Under the pieces are notes generated by a model. It ran no database searches and was not told where the DNA came from. It saw nothing but the letters and a program-made list of their open reading frames with translations. Made by a program: the position numbers and the translations under genes. Of a DNA stretch of 62,607 nt, positions 53,178 to 60,699 are shown one piece after another. The DNA lies in assembly GCA_039801245.1 (NCBI GenBank), contig JBDRUF010000003.1, positions 1 through 62,607 of the forward strand, read 5' to 3'. The stretch comes from a candidate division WOR-3 bacterium (lineage in GTDB: Bacteria; Hydrothermota; Tepidihabitantia; Tepidihabitantales; Tepidihabitantaceae). Each line of letters starts with the position of its first letter. Position 1 is the first letter of the stretch.

Positions 53178-53864
53178 ATGAGCCAGAAAGCCTGGAGAAG
53201 ATGGCTTGCCGAACTCATCGGCACATTCTGTCTGGTTTTCATCGGCTGCGGCAGCGCGGTGATTGCCGGCAGTCATATCGGGTTTGCCGGTATCTCGCTG
53301 GCGTTCGGGTTGGCGGTCCTGGCGATGGTCTATGCTATCGGACCGATTTCCGGCTGTCATATCAATCCGGCAATATCAGTGGCGATGCTCGTTGCCGGCA
53401 AGCAGAAGTTTACCGAGACGATTGCCTATATCATCGCCCAGTGTATCGGTGCGATTCTTGGTGCGATTGTCCTTTTTGCCATTGCCAGCACTCTGCCGGA
53501 TTATTCGCTTAGTGTTAACGGTCTGGGTCAGAACGGTTTCGGTGCACATTCGCCCGGTGGTTATTCTTTGGTGGCGGCGCTGGACGCTGAGGTTATCCTC
53601 ACCACGCTCTTTGTCTTGGTGGTGTTGGGCGCAACGAGCGAAAAGGCACCGGCTGGGTTTGCCGGCGTGGCAATCGGTCTTGCGCTCACCTTTATCCATC
53701 TTGTTGGCATTCCGATTACCGGGACATCGGTGAATCCGGCGCGCAGCCTTGGACCAGCCCTGATTGTCGGCGGTCCAGCACTTCAACAGGTCTGGCTGTT
53801 TATCCTTGCACCCCTTGTCGGTGGTGTTCTTGCCGCGCTCATCTGGCGCCTGCTAAGTGAATAA
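53178..53864 (+). CDS. aqpZ: Aquaporin Z (MIP family)
   Basis: Two NPA boxes: HINPAISV and SVNPARSLGPAL. Confidence 0.9.
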   Translation: MSQKAWRRWLAELIGTFCLVFIGCGSAVIAGSHIGFAGISLAFGLAVLAMVYAIGPISGCHINPAISVAMLVAGKQKFTETIAYIIAQCIGAILGAIVLFAIASTLPDYSLSVNGLGQNGFGAHSPGGYSLVAALDAEVILTTLFVLVVLGATSEKAPAGFAGVAIGLALTFIHLVGIPITGTSVNPARSLGPALIVGGPALQQVWLFILAPLVGGVLAALIWRLLSE

Positions 53865-53937
53865 AAAGAAGGAGAGTTGAAGGTCTTTCTGCCTTAAATA
53901 TTTTCTTGACCAGGTTCGGTGGCAGGGTGGTGCAAAA

Positions 53938-55200
53938 TCAAGCCGATTTGTAGTAGCGGGCTGCCCTGCCTTTGCCTTTAAGGGTGAGTTTGCCCTTTTT
54001 GACCAGCCCGGCAAGGATGTAGCCTGCCTGATGGGGTGAGACGCGCAAAAGGGTGCGGACAATCTCGTTGGTGATGAACCGCTCCTCATCAGGACCGGTC
54101 AGCTCCTCAAGGTAGTTGATAATCGTGCTTTCCGCATAGGCAGATTCGGCACGGCGGAAGGGGTAATAGCTCACCGATTTGCGCAACTGGGCATAGACCC
54201 TTTTAGAGAGCCGGTAAACCCTGCCCTTTTTCTCGCCAAACTGCTCCAAGAGCCCGCGGTTGACCATTGAACTTAAGACCTCGTGCGCCTCCTTCTCGCT
54301 TCTGCCCAAAATGGTCTTGGCTTCGGTAACATCAACCTCGCGGTTACGCTTGAGCCAGTTGAGAATCAAGAGGTCGGGCAGTTTCAGTTCCCGGCCCTCC
54401 TGCTGGCAGCGGACAACAAAGCGGGCAAAGTTTTCATCAAGTTTGCCTTCGGCACGACCGGAACGGATTGTTACCCGGACATAATCTGCACCGGCTTCAT
54501 AGGTTGGTGGCTCCTTGCCATAGGAGAGAAGAATCTGAAACATCCTTTTGACACCCATTCCCGCCCTTTCCACGAGCCGGATGCGTTCAAGGACCTCAGC
54601 AAGAAAGGGGTTGCGGCTGATGGGCTCATGACCGACGATGTTTTCCGGGGTGACATCAGAGATAAAGCCACCCGGGGATGAGACCTCAAGCCTTTCCGGA
54701 AAAAGGCGGAGATAAACCGGGCTCTGGATTGAGTAGTCGCGATGGGTAAAGGCGTTGAGGAGCGCCTCGCGGTAAACCTCGGGCGGAAAGTCAAAAATCT
54801 CAAAGTGAAAAAGCCCGAACTTGAGGGTGAAGATGCGGTTGTGCGGTTCAACCGAGGCACTGAACTCATCCAGCATCGCCAGGAGCGGTTTAAAGGAGTC
54901 AAGCCGGCGGTCGTATTCAACATCATTTTTCATATGCAGAAAGATGGCGCTGTGACCGGGAATCATTTTGCGCAGAAACTCCTCCTTGCCCAGAAGCAGA
55001 AGGCCAGCAGCCTTTATTTTGCCTTCAGGAGAAATAAGACCAAGGCGGGTGAGGAGTTCCTCAGCACTTAAACCGGAATCGGGCTCTTTGGCGCTCTTGA
55101 TGCGGCGCAGCCTTTCTATCTCCAAAGGGTCAATCGCCTCAATCCCGCAGTCAAGGACCTGGGAGGAGAAGTCTGATTGTAGGGCGACACTCATCGGCAT
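53938..55200 (-). CDS. Putative transcriptional regulator with HATPase_c_4 (RecG-C-like) domain and C-terminal wHTH; lacks the usual N-terminal AlbA_2/Schlafen domain
   Basis: The EALLNAFTHRDYS motif followed by ISRNPFLAEVL..L..VERAGMG. Confidence 0.6.
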   Translation of the reverse strand: MPMSVALQSDFSSQVLDCGIEAIDPLEIERLRRIKSAKEPDSGLSAEELLTRLGLISPEGKIKAAGLLLLGKEEFLRKMIPGHSAIFLHMKNDVEYDRRLDSFKPLLAMLDEFSASVEPHNRIFTLKFGLFHFEIFDFPPEVYREALLNAFTHRDYSIQSPVYLRLFPERLEVSSPGGFISDVTPENIVGHEPISRNPFLAEVLERIRLVERAGMGVKRMFQILLSYGKEPPTYEAGADYVRVTIRSGRAEGKLDENFARFVVRCQQEGRELKLPDLLILNWLKRNREVDVTEAKTILGRSEKEAHEVLSSMVNRGLLEQFGEKKGRVYRLSKRVYAQLRKSVSYYPFRRAESAYAESTIINYLEELTGPDEERFITNEIVRTLLRVSPHQAGYILAGLVKKGKLTLKGKGRAARYYKSA

Positions 55201-55238
55201 AGAATAGCCCGAATCAAGTCGCAGTCAAGGGTTAGCAA

Positions 55239-55736
55239 CTAAAAATCAATCCGAAAAGGGCTGTTGGGGTCATCCTCATAGCGGATTTCATCAACCGCCT
55301 CGGTGCGGTTCCAGCCGCGGAAGAGTTTGTCAGGAAAGTTGTGAACCAATCCGGGCTCATTGCCGATGTTTTTATAACCGTGGACAACACCGGGCGGGAC
55401 AATCAGAATTCCGGGTGCGCTTGCGCCCAGGACAAGTTGGAGATGGGTCTGAAAACTGGGTGAATCCGGGCGATTGTCCCAGAGGTAGATTTTGAAGTCT
55501 GAGGGTCCAATAAAGGCAAAGCAGTCGGTCTGGAATCTGTGGTCATGCGGACCGCGGGCAACCCCGGGATTGGTTAATGAGACATAGCCCATTGCCGGCT
55601 GCAACCTCTCCAGACCCAAACCGGCAAGCCAGTCAGCGCGAAAGGTCTCGCAGAGCCAGCCCCGGGTGTCAGAATGGATTTCTGCGCGGGCAAGAAAGAC
55701 GCCTTTGATTTCAAGTTCCTTGAAAGGGTTATTCAC
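55239..55736 (-). CDS. RmlC-like cupin (dTDP-4-dehydrorhamnose 3,5-epimerase family), orphan
   Basis: HSDTRGWLCETF and VPPGVVHGY. GTG start. No rmlA/B/D genes are nearby. Confidence 0.7.
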   Translation of the reverse strand: MNNPFKELEIKGVFLARAEIHSDTRGWLCETFRADWLAGLGLERLQPAMGYVSLTNPGVARGPHDHRFQTDCFAFIGPSDFKIYLWDNRPDSPSFQTHLQLVLGASAPGILIVPPGVVHGYKNIGNEPGLVHNFPDKLFRGWNRTEAVDEIRYEDDPNSPFRIDF

Positions 55737-55741
55737 ATTTA

Positions 55742-55770
55742 ATTATCCTGTTCTGTTTTACTGCTGTCAA
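55742..55770 (-). promoter_or_regulatory. Promoter TTGACA-N17-GATAAT ending 5 nt before GTG 55736
   Basis: On the minus strand, TTGACA at 55770-55765 and GATAAT at 55747-55742. Confidence 0.4.
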
Positions 55771-55775
55771 GGAAA

Positions 55776-55817
55776 CTAAAAATAAAAAGTTCGGCTCCCA
55801 CCAAAGGCAGGAGCCGA
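55776..55817 (-). terminator. Rho-independent terminator with no annotated upstream gene
   Basis: On the minus strand: TCGGCTCC-11 nt-GGAGCCGA followed by ACTTTTTATTTTTAG. Confidence 0.7.
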
Positions 55818-55849
55818 CAGCATTTTGCAGCCGGACTAAAAGTAGAGGT

Positions 55850-55909
55850 TCAAGCCGAGGGTGGTGGTAATCTTATGGATTTATTTTCAGATTCCACTCT
55901 AAATTTCAT
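55850..55909 (-). CDS. Possible 19-codon mini-ORF MKFRVESENKSIRLPPPSA (no SD; speculative)
   Basis: Hand translation gives ATG at 55909 and TGA at 55852-55850. It lies 32 nt upstream of the orphan terminator. Same length and same PP[ST]A end as the mini-ORF at 60176-60235. Confidence 0.2.
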   Translation of the reverse strand: MKFRVESENKSIRLPPPSA

Positions 55910-56040
55910 GAGAAAATCAGGGTGATAATGGGGGTGGTGGGGTGGACCTGCCCGGAAAGGAAAAATAAAACCAGGTGCAACTCTTCAACCCATTGCCAGT
56001 TTAGAAGTTAGCAAACAGCCCTGCGCAAAATCGAAGATTG

Positions 56041-56075
56041 TGGCGTTAATTTTTGCCATTTTCTGGCTCTTAATG
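56041..56075 (+). repeat. 35-nt intergenic repeat, copy 2
   Basis: tggcgttaatttttgccattttctggctcttaatg, 138 nt upstream of ATG 56213. Confidence 0.7.
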
Positions 56076-56212
56076 GAGGGGAGCGGTATTTTCTTTGACT
56101 TGGGGTGAAGCAGGGTTAAAATGGAGGGGAGGGCGAGAATTTTATCTGCTTGTCAAACTTGGCAAGAAAAACACGGGTCGGTAAGGTTTGAAAACATAAA
56201 TCAGGAGGAAAG

Positions 56213-57046
56213 ATGAGGAAAATGATAGTGATGGTTTTAATCAGCCTGCTCTTTTTGTCAGCGGGCGCACAGATCAACAATCCGCGCCACCGCTATGAGT
56301 TGCGGGGCGTGATTGAGACCGGCGCAATCGGCGTTGAGGTGCATCACATCAAGTTCGGCAGGGAGGGGACCAGTTTTGATTATGTCAAAAACGGCAGCCA
56401 GAACATCCTCTTTCCATTTGAGCGCTATTCATTGGAGTTGCACCTTATGCCGCGGCACACATTTATCGGGCTTTATCAGCCGCTTGATTTGCGCACCGCC
56501 GCAACCCTGACCGATACCCTTGTCCTTGACACCGACACATTCCTGCCGGGAACACCGATGAATCTGCGCTACGGGTTTGACTTCTACCGGGTGTCCTGGC
56601 TTTATGACCTCTGGGCGCTCGCAGAAAGGGAACTGGCTATCGGTCTTTCTCTGCAGTTGCGCAACGCCAGCATTGTCTTTGCCACGGCTGATGGCGAAAG
56701 GCAGCGGGTGTATCAGAATTTGGGACCGGTGCCGATTGTCAAGGCAAGGCTGAAACTGCCGCTAAACAACTGGCTCTGGTTTGGCTCGGAGATTGATGGC
56801 TTTTATGCGCAGGGTGCGGGTGTCACCGGTTCAACCAATGTGGAAAACTCCTTCAAGGGTGCGATCCTTGATGGCTCGGTCAGGCTGGGTGCGCGGGTGA
56901 ACAACTTTCTTGATGGGTTTGTCAACCTGCGTTATATCGGTGGTGGTGCCGAAGGAACCCAGAAAAAGCCGCAAAATCCGGGTGACGGCTACACCTCAAA
57001 CTGGCTCAGCACTTTGTCCTTTTCACTGGGCATTATGATGCACTGA
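56213..57046 (+). CDS. Hypothetical secreted/outer-membrane beta-rich protein
   Basis: Signal peptide MRKMIVMVLISLLFLSAGAQ and SD AGGAGG; 277 aa. Confidence 0.6.
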   Translation: MRKMIVMVLISLLFLSAGAQINNPRHRYELRGVIETGAIGVEVHHIKFGREGTSFDYVKNGSQNILFPFERYSLELHLMPRHTFIGLYQPLDLRTAATLTDTLVLDTDTFLPGTPMNLRYGFDFYRVSWLYDLWALAERELAIGLSLQLRNASIVFATADGERQRVYQNLGPVPIVKARLKLPLNNWLWFGSEIDGFYAQGAGVTGSTNVENSFKGAILDGSVRLGARVNNFLDGFVNLRYIGGGAEGTQKKPQNPGDGYTSNWLSTLSFSLGIMMH

Positions 57047-57065
57047 GAAGCGACTTCTGGTTGGA

Positions 57066-57686
57066 CTAAAGTCCTAATAACTTATTAAGCGGATTAACAA
57101 TTAACTCTTCAATGGTTTTGTTCAGCGCCTGTTCCAGTCCGATGTTTTCTTCTTTTGCTCTCTCTTCAAGTTTCTGCCGGCTGAACGCATAGAGCGGAAC
57201 GACAAAGCCTTTGAAATCACCACCTGTTAAATCGCCGGTGTCTGTATACCGACCAGAAAAGGTGGTATTATCATTTACAACAAAATTATCAATAAAGCGT
57301 TTATTATTTATTACTACATAGTAAGCATAATGATGTTTTGCTGGTCTCGGGGTGCGGAGATGGCTCGCAATCACTATCACAGCAGGTTCTGTTATTATAT
57401 TCTTTAGGGTATCGTTGTAGAACTCTGTAGCCCTATCTGGACACAATATACACACTAAACCTACTATCCACTCTGGTTTTTCTTTAAGTTTAAAAGCACA
57501 ATAATATGGGTCGGGGAGTAAGGGCGGACCTACAGACTTGCTCTGGTAGTAAAGATCCGATACTTTCACCTTATAACGGTTACTTATTACAGTTAATAAG
57601 CCGTGGATGTCCTTGAACAATTGGTCGAACCATCTATAGGTTTTATAAAAATTGTTTACTTTGTGCTCATCCATTCCGCTAATCAT
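57066..57686 (-). CDS. Hypothetical 206-aa protein, translationally coupled partner of the nuclease-like gene
   Basis: ATG 57686 overlaps the upstream stop by 8 nt (ATGATTAG). AAGGCGG lies 5 nt upstream. Low GC. No motif recognised. Confidence 0.6.
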   Translation of the reverse strand: MISGMDEHKVNNFYKTYRWFDQLFKDIHGLLTVISNRYKVKVSDLYYQSKSVGPPLLPDPYYCAFKLKEKPEWIVGLVCILCPDRATEFYNDTLKNIITEPAVIVIASHLRTPRPAKHHYAYYVVINNKRFIDNFVVNDNTTFSGRYTDTGDLTGGDFKGFVVPLYAFSRQKLEERAKEENIGLEQALNKTIEELIVNPLNKLLGL

Positions 57687-58431
57687 TTTTGCCGCCTTTA
57701 TCTATTCCCAACCTGAAATCAGGCGGGTTTGGTATGTTTTTGAAATCAATCCCGGCAAATGCGGGCACATAAATCTGCCAGTCTGGGCATTCAGTTATTT
57801 GTTCAAAATCAAACCCCTTGAAAATACGGTAACCGTAAAAGCCAAGAAAGTCCCGGAAATTTTCAAGGACATACCGCTCCTGCTCATTAGTGTTGTATAT
57901 CCGTTCCTTGGGAAAATCGCTGACGAACTTTTCTATTACCCAGAGAACCTCACCCCAGGTTAAATCCAGCCTTTTTTCCTTTAGCTCGTTATCATTAAAC
58001 CCGAAGTAATTCTTCGCGTGTTTAATTATCTGTTCTTCAATCACCGGATTCCCGCCCCTTTTGCACTCAATCAGAAAGCAATAATCTTGCTCTTTATATA
58101 TCCAGGCATCGGGCGAAGAACCGCCTTCAGCGTTTATATCTTTTGTTTCCTTTTTCTCTTCTTCTGGTGGATTGGTTGCGATAGTAACAAGATATTTGTT
58201 GCGGCAGTTTTTAGGGATATTTGTTTCAATATTGCCCTGGAGAGCGAATCCGGCATTTGGATAGTCATATTCAGGGAGTTTGCCAAAAAGCTCCTTGAGG
58301 AAATTTTGGCGGTTTTCCCCTGAAAGTATACGCAGGGTCTGGATAAAGGCACGGGTGAGGTTGTTTTCTTTAAGTTCGGCATCTTCGCTCAGGTTGTAGG
58401 AGTAGAAAAGATTGAGATGCCGGTCCTGCAT
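57679..58431 (-). CDS. PD-(D/E)xK nuclease-fold protein (restriction-endonuclease-like), unknown family
   Basis: ELKENNLTRAFIQTL helix, then SSPDAWIY ... DYCFLIECKRG (a PD...ExK arrangement). ATG 58431 (MQDRHL) is preferred; the track start TTG 58452 sits inside a TATAAT box. Confidence 0.6.
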   Translation of the reverse strand: MQDRHLNLFYSYNLSEDAELKENNLTRAFIQTLRILSGENRQNFLKELFGKLPEYDYPNAGFALQGNIETNIPKNCRNKYLVTIATNPPEEEKKETKDINAEGGSSPDAWIYKEQDYCFLIECKRGGNPVIEEQIIKHAKNYFGFNDNELKEKRLDLTWGEVLWVIEKFVSDFPKERIYNTNEQERYVLENFRDFLGFYGYRIFKGFDFEQITECPDWQIYVPAFAGIDFKNIPNPPDFRLGIDKGGKND

Positions 58432-58602
58432 TGACACAATATTATAATACAAATTTTAAAAGTCAAGGAGAGCAAAAAGCACCGGTTAATACTTGACAAT
58501 TGGCTTGCTATAGATATTATACTTCTGAGTTCAGGAGTTATGTGATGTTTTTCTGCCACTTTTTATTTCAGCAGTTGGGTCCGGGTTTGGAAAGGAGTTA
58601 AG

Positions 58603-59976
58603 ATGAGAAAGGGCGTCCTGGTTTTTGCCCTTGTTTTCCTATTTGCCTTGTGCGGGCGTAATAAGCCGCCAAGTGTGCCAGAGTTGAGTGGTCCGGTAAG
58701 CGGGCGCCCAGGTGAAAGGCTTGTATTTAATGTTGTCGCAACCGACCCGGAGGGAAAGGAGGTTTCTTATAAGATTTCCTGGGGTGACACATCCAGTGTT
58801 GACTGGTCTTCTTTTTATCTCAGCGGGCAGCCGGTTAGGCGCGAGCATATCTATACCGATACCGGTGTTTATGTTATCCGTGCAATGGCAAGGGACCCGG
58901 AGTTGAAGGAGTCGGGCTGGAGCGAGGACTGGAATGTAATTATAAAGTTTCTACCACCAAATGCGCCGCAGAAACCTGAAGGTCCATCGGTCTGCACCAC
59001 CGGTGTCAGTTATGAGTTTCGGTTCCGGGCATCTCATCCGCAGAATGACAGCCTCTGGTTTCAGGTTGACTGGGGCGGGGTGGTTGATGACTGGCGCGGG
59101 CCGGTGCCGAGCGACTCCTATCTACGGGTGAATCATTGCTTTGATACTGCTGGTTGCTATGGGATTGCGGTCAGGGCGCGGGACAGCCGGTTGCAGATGA
59201 CATCCTGGTCAGACACCTTGCTCGTTACAGTTTTCGCAATCCCGGGCGGACCACCAACCGGATTCAGGCTGGAAGCGGCAACTGATACAACGGTGCGGCT
59301 TTTGTGGGAACCGCCCTTAGAGGGGGAGCCAAACTTTTACCGGTTGATGTTCAAACAGGTGGGTGGCACAGGGTTTTCTGTCATTGCCGAAACCCTTGGC
59401 TATGTTTTTGAGCACAACCCTCATGGCTTGACCGGCACCTACAAGATTGCCGCGGTTTTCGGTGCTACCGCTTACGAGGATACTGTTTTGCTTTCGACTG
59501 TGCCGATTCAGACCGGCAGTGTGACTGTTAATGAACTTTCCACTGGTGCTGCCTGCGGTTGCGGCTGGAACCGGGATATGGGCATTGCCTATGCCTATCC
59601 GATGCTCGATACTATTTACTGCAGCAGTGTTGACTGGTACTGCACCGATTTTGCGGTTGGTTCCAATGGGCCGATATATTATGCGGCAAGCCCTGATACC
59701 GCTGTCTTTGATACCGGAGGGGCTGTGCCACCTGGTCCCTGGCACAACACACCCTTGGCATTGCTTTCCGACGAGCAGGGTCCGGTGCCGCCGGCTGGAG
59801 ATAGTGTTTATCAGAAGGCGGTGAGGCTGAATGCTGCTGGTGTCTGTTTCGGGCTCTGCACCGTTGATGGCTATTACTGCATTGTTAAGGTTACGCAGTT
59901 GCGCATCAATCAACAGGAGATCCGGGTCCGGGCATGGTTTCAACCAGTGCGAGGGTTACGGCTATTAAGGCATTAG
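58603..59976 (+). CDS. Hypothetical lipoprotein with PKD-like repeats and an Fn3-like domain
   Basis: Lipobox LFALCG. Repeated units are KISWGDTSSVDWS and FQVDWGGVVDDWRG. Fn3-like PPTGFRLEAATDTTVRLLWEPP. Confidence 0.6.
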   Translation: MRKGVLVFALVFLFALCGRNKPPSVPELSGPVSGRPGERLVFNVVATDPEGKEVSYKISWGDTSSVDWSSFYLSGQPVRREHIYTDTGVYVIRAMARDPELKESGWSEDWNVIIKFLPPNAPQKPEGPSVCTTGVSYEFRFRASHPQNDSLWFQVDWGGVVDDWRGPVPSDSYLRVNHCFDTAGCYGIAVRARDSRLQMTSWSDTLLVTVFAIPGGPPTGFRLEAATDTTVRLLWEPPLEGEPNFYRLMFKQVGGTGFSVIAETLGYVFEHNPHGLTGTYKIAAVFGATAYEDTVLLSTVPIQTGSVTVNELSTGAACGCGWNRDMGIAYAYPMLDTIYCSSVDWYCTDFAVGSNGPIYYAASPDTAVFDTGGAVPPGPWHNTPLALLSDEQGPVPPAGDSVYQKAVRLNAAGVCFGLCTVDGYYCIVKVTQLRINQQEIRVRAWFQPVRGLRLLRH

Positions 59977-60123
59977 GAAATAGATTGCCCTTATAATAAA
60001 ACCTACATTCCTCTTTTTTCTTAATAGAACGATTGCTCTTAATTAATTAAGATAAGAAAAGAAACGTTAAAGACCTATAAACTCAATACCTCTACTCCCC
60101 ATGACCTCCCCGTTTTAGTTGAG

Positions 60124-60157
60124 AAGGTTGCCAGCCCGGGTTCGGGCTGGCAACCTT
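60124..60157 (-). terminator. Perfect 15-bp hairpin ending the mini-ORF unit (no clear U-tract)
   Basis: AAGGTTGCCAGCCCG-ggtt-CGGGCTGGCAACCTT. Confidence 0.45.
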
Positions 60158-60175
60158 AAACCTATCCTTTCAAAA

Positions 60176-60235
60176 TTATGCTGTTGGGGGTGCAGGAATA
60201 GGTGGTGGATAGATTGGTGCAAACGGTCCGTCCAT
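60176..60235 (-). CDS. 19-codon proline-rich mini-ORF MDGPFAPIYPPPIPAPPTA
   Basis: Hand translation. AGGAGG (60246-60241) lies 5 nt before ATG 60235 and the stop is TAA at 60178-60176. It is downstream of a consensus sigma-54 promoter. Confidence 0.5.
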   Translation of the reverse strand: MDGPFAPIYPPPIPAPPTA

Positions 60236-60306
60236 TTTTACCTCCTTTTGTGTTTGATTTATGCCTAATATTTAAAATCTGCATTTTCATTGCTTAACAA
60301 ACATAA

Positions 60307-60321
60307 GCAATTTTTGTGCCA
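60307..60321 (-). promoter_or_regulatory. Sigma-54 (-24/-12) promoter
   Basis: On the minus strand, TGGCACaaaaaTTGC is an exact match to TGGCAC-N5-TTGC. It is adjacent to a sigma-54 enhancer-binding protein gene. Confidence 0.7.
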
Positions 60322-60699
60322 CATTATACTAAAATCATAAGTACATTTTTTTCATATAGTTATATATAAGAGACCTTTCTGAACGACACAGAAATAATGT
60401 TAAAATTTGTCGCTATTAGTGCGACTATTTTGTAAGTACAATTTAAATTGAGAGTTATATCATATGCGACAATTATGTGCTTTATTTTTGAGATTAGGGA
60501 TAATAGGTGTTGTTTTTTATTTGTATTTGAAAAATAATAACTTAATTCAATTTTACATCTCCTAATGAAGTAACAAAATATGTGGATTTGTCGCATGTTG
60601 GTGTGACATAGTAATAGATTGTTAGTTAGGAAAGTTTTTTGTTTGAGGATGGTGGTGGGGTTAGCAGAGATGGTGGGCTCCATAATGTTATGGAGGGGT

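Noticed and set aside
55785-55870. tRNA-like impression (GGTTCAAGCC, CCACCA) near the orphan terminator
   Set aside because: I could not build an acceptor stem or a 5-bp T-stem around a 7-nt T-loop on either strand. The GGTTCAAGC string is part of the mini-ORF stop region.
60360-60683. 107-aa ORF on the minus strand in the AT-rich spacer downstream of the sigma-54 activator
   Set aside because: The composition (about 28% GC) gives a low-complexity I/K/N/L/F-rich translation. There is no SD, and it spans the region better explained as enhancer sites plus the sigma-54 promoter.
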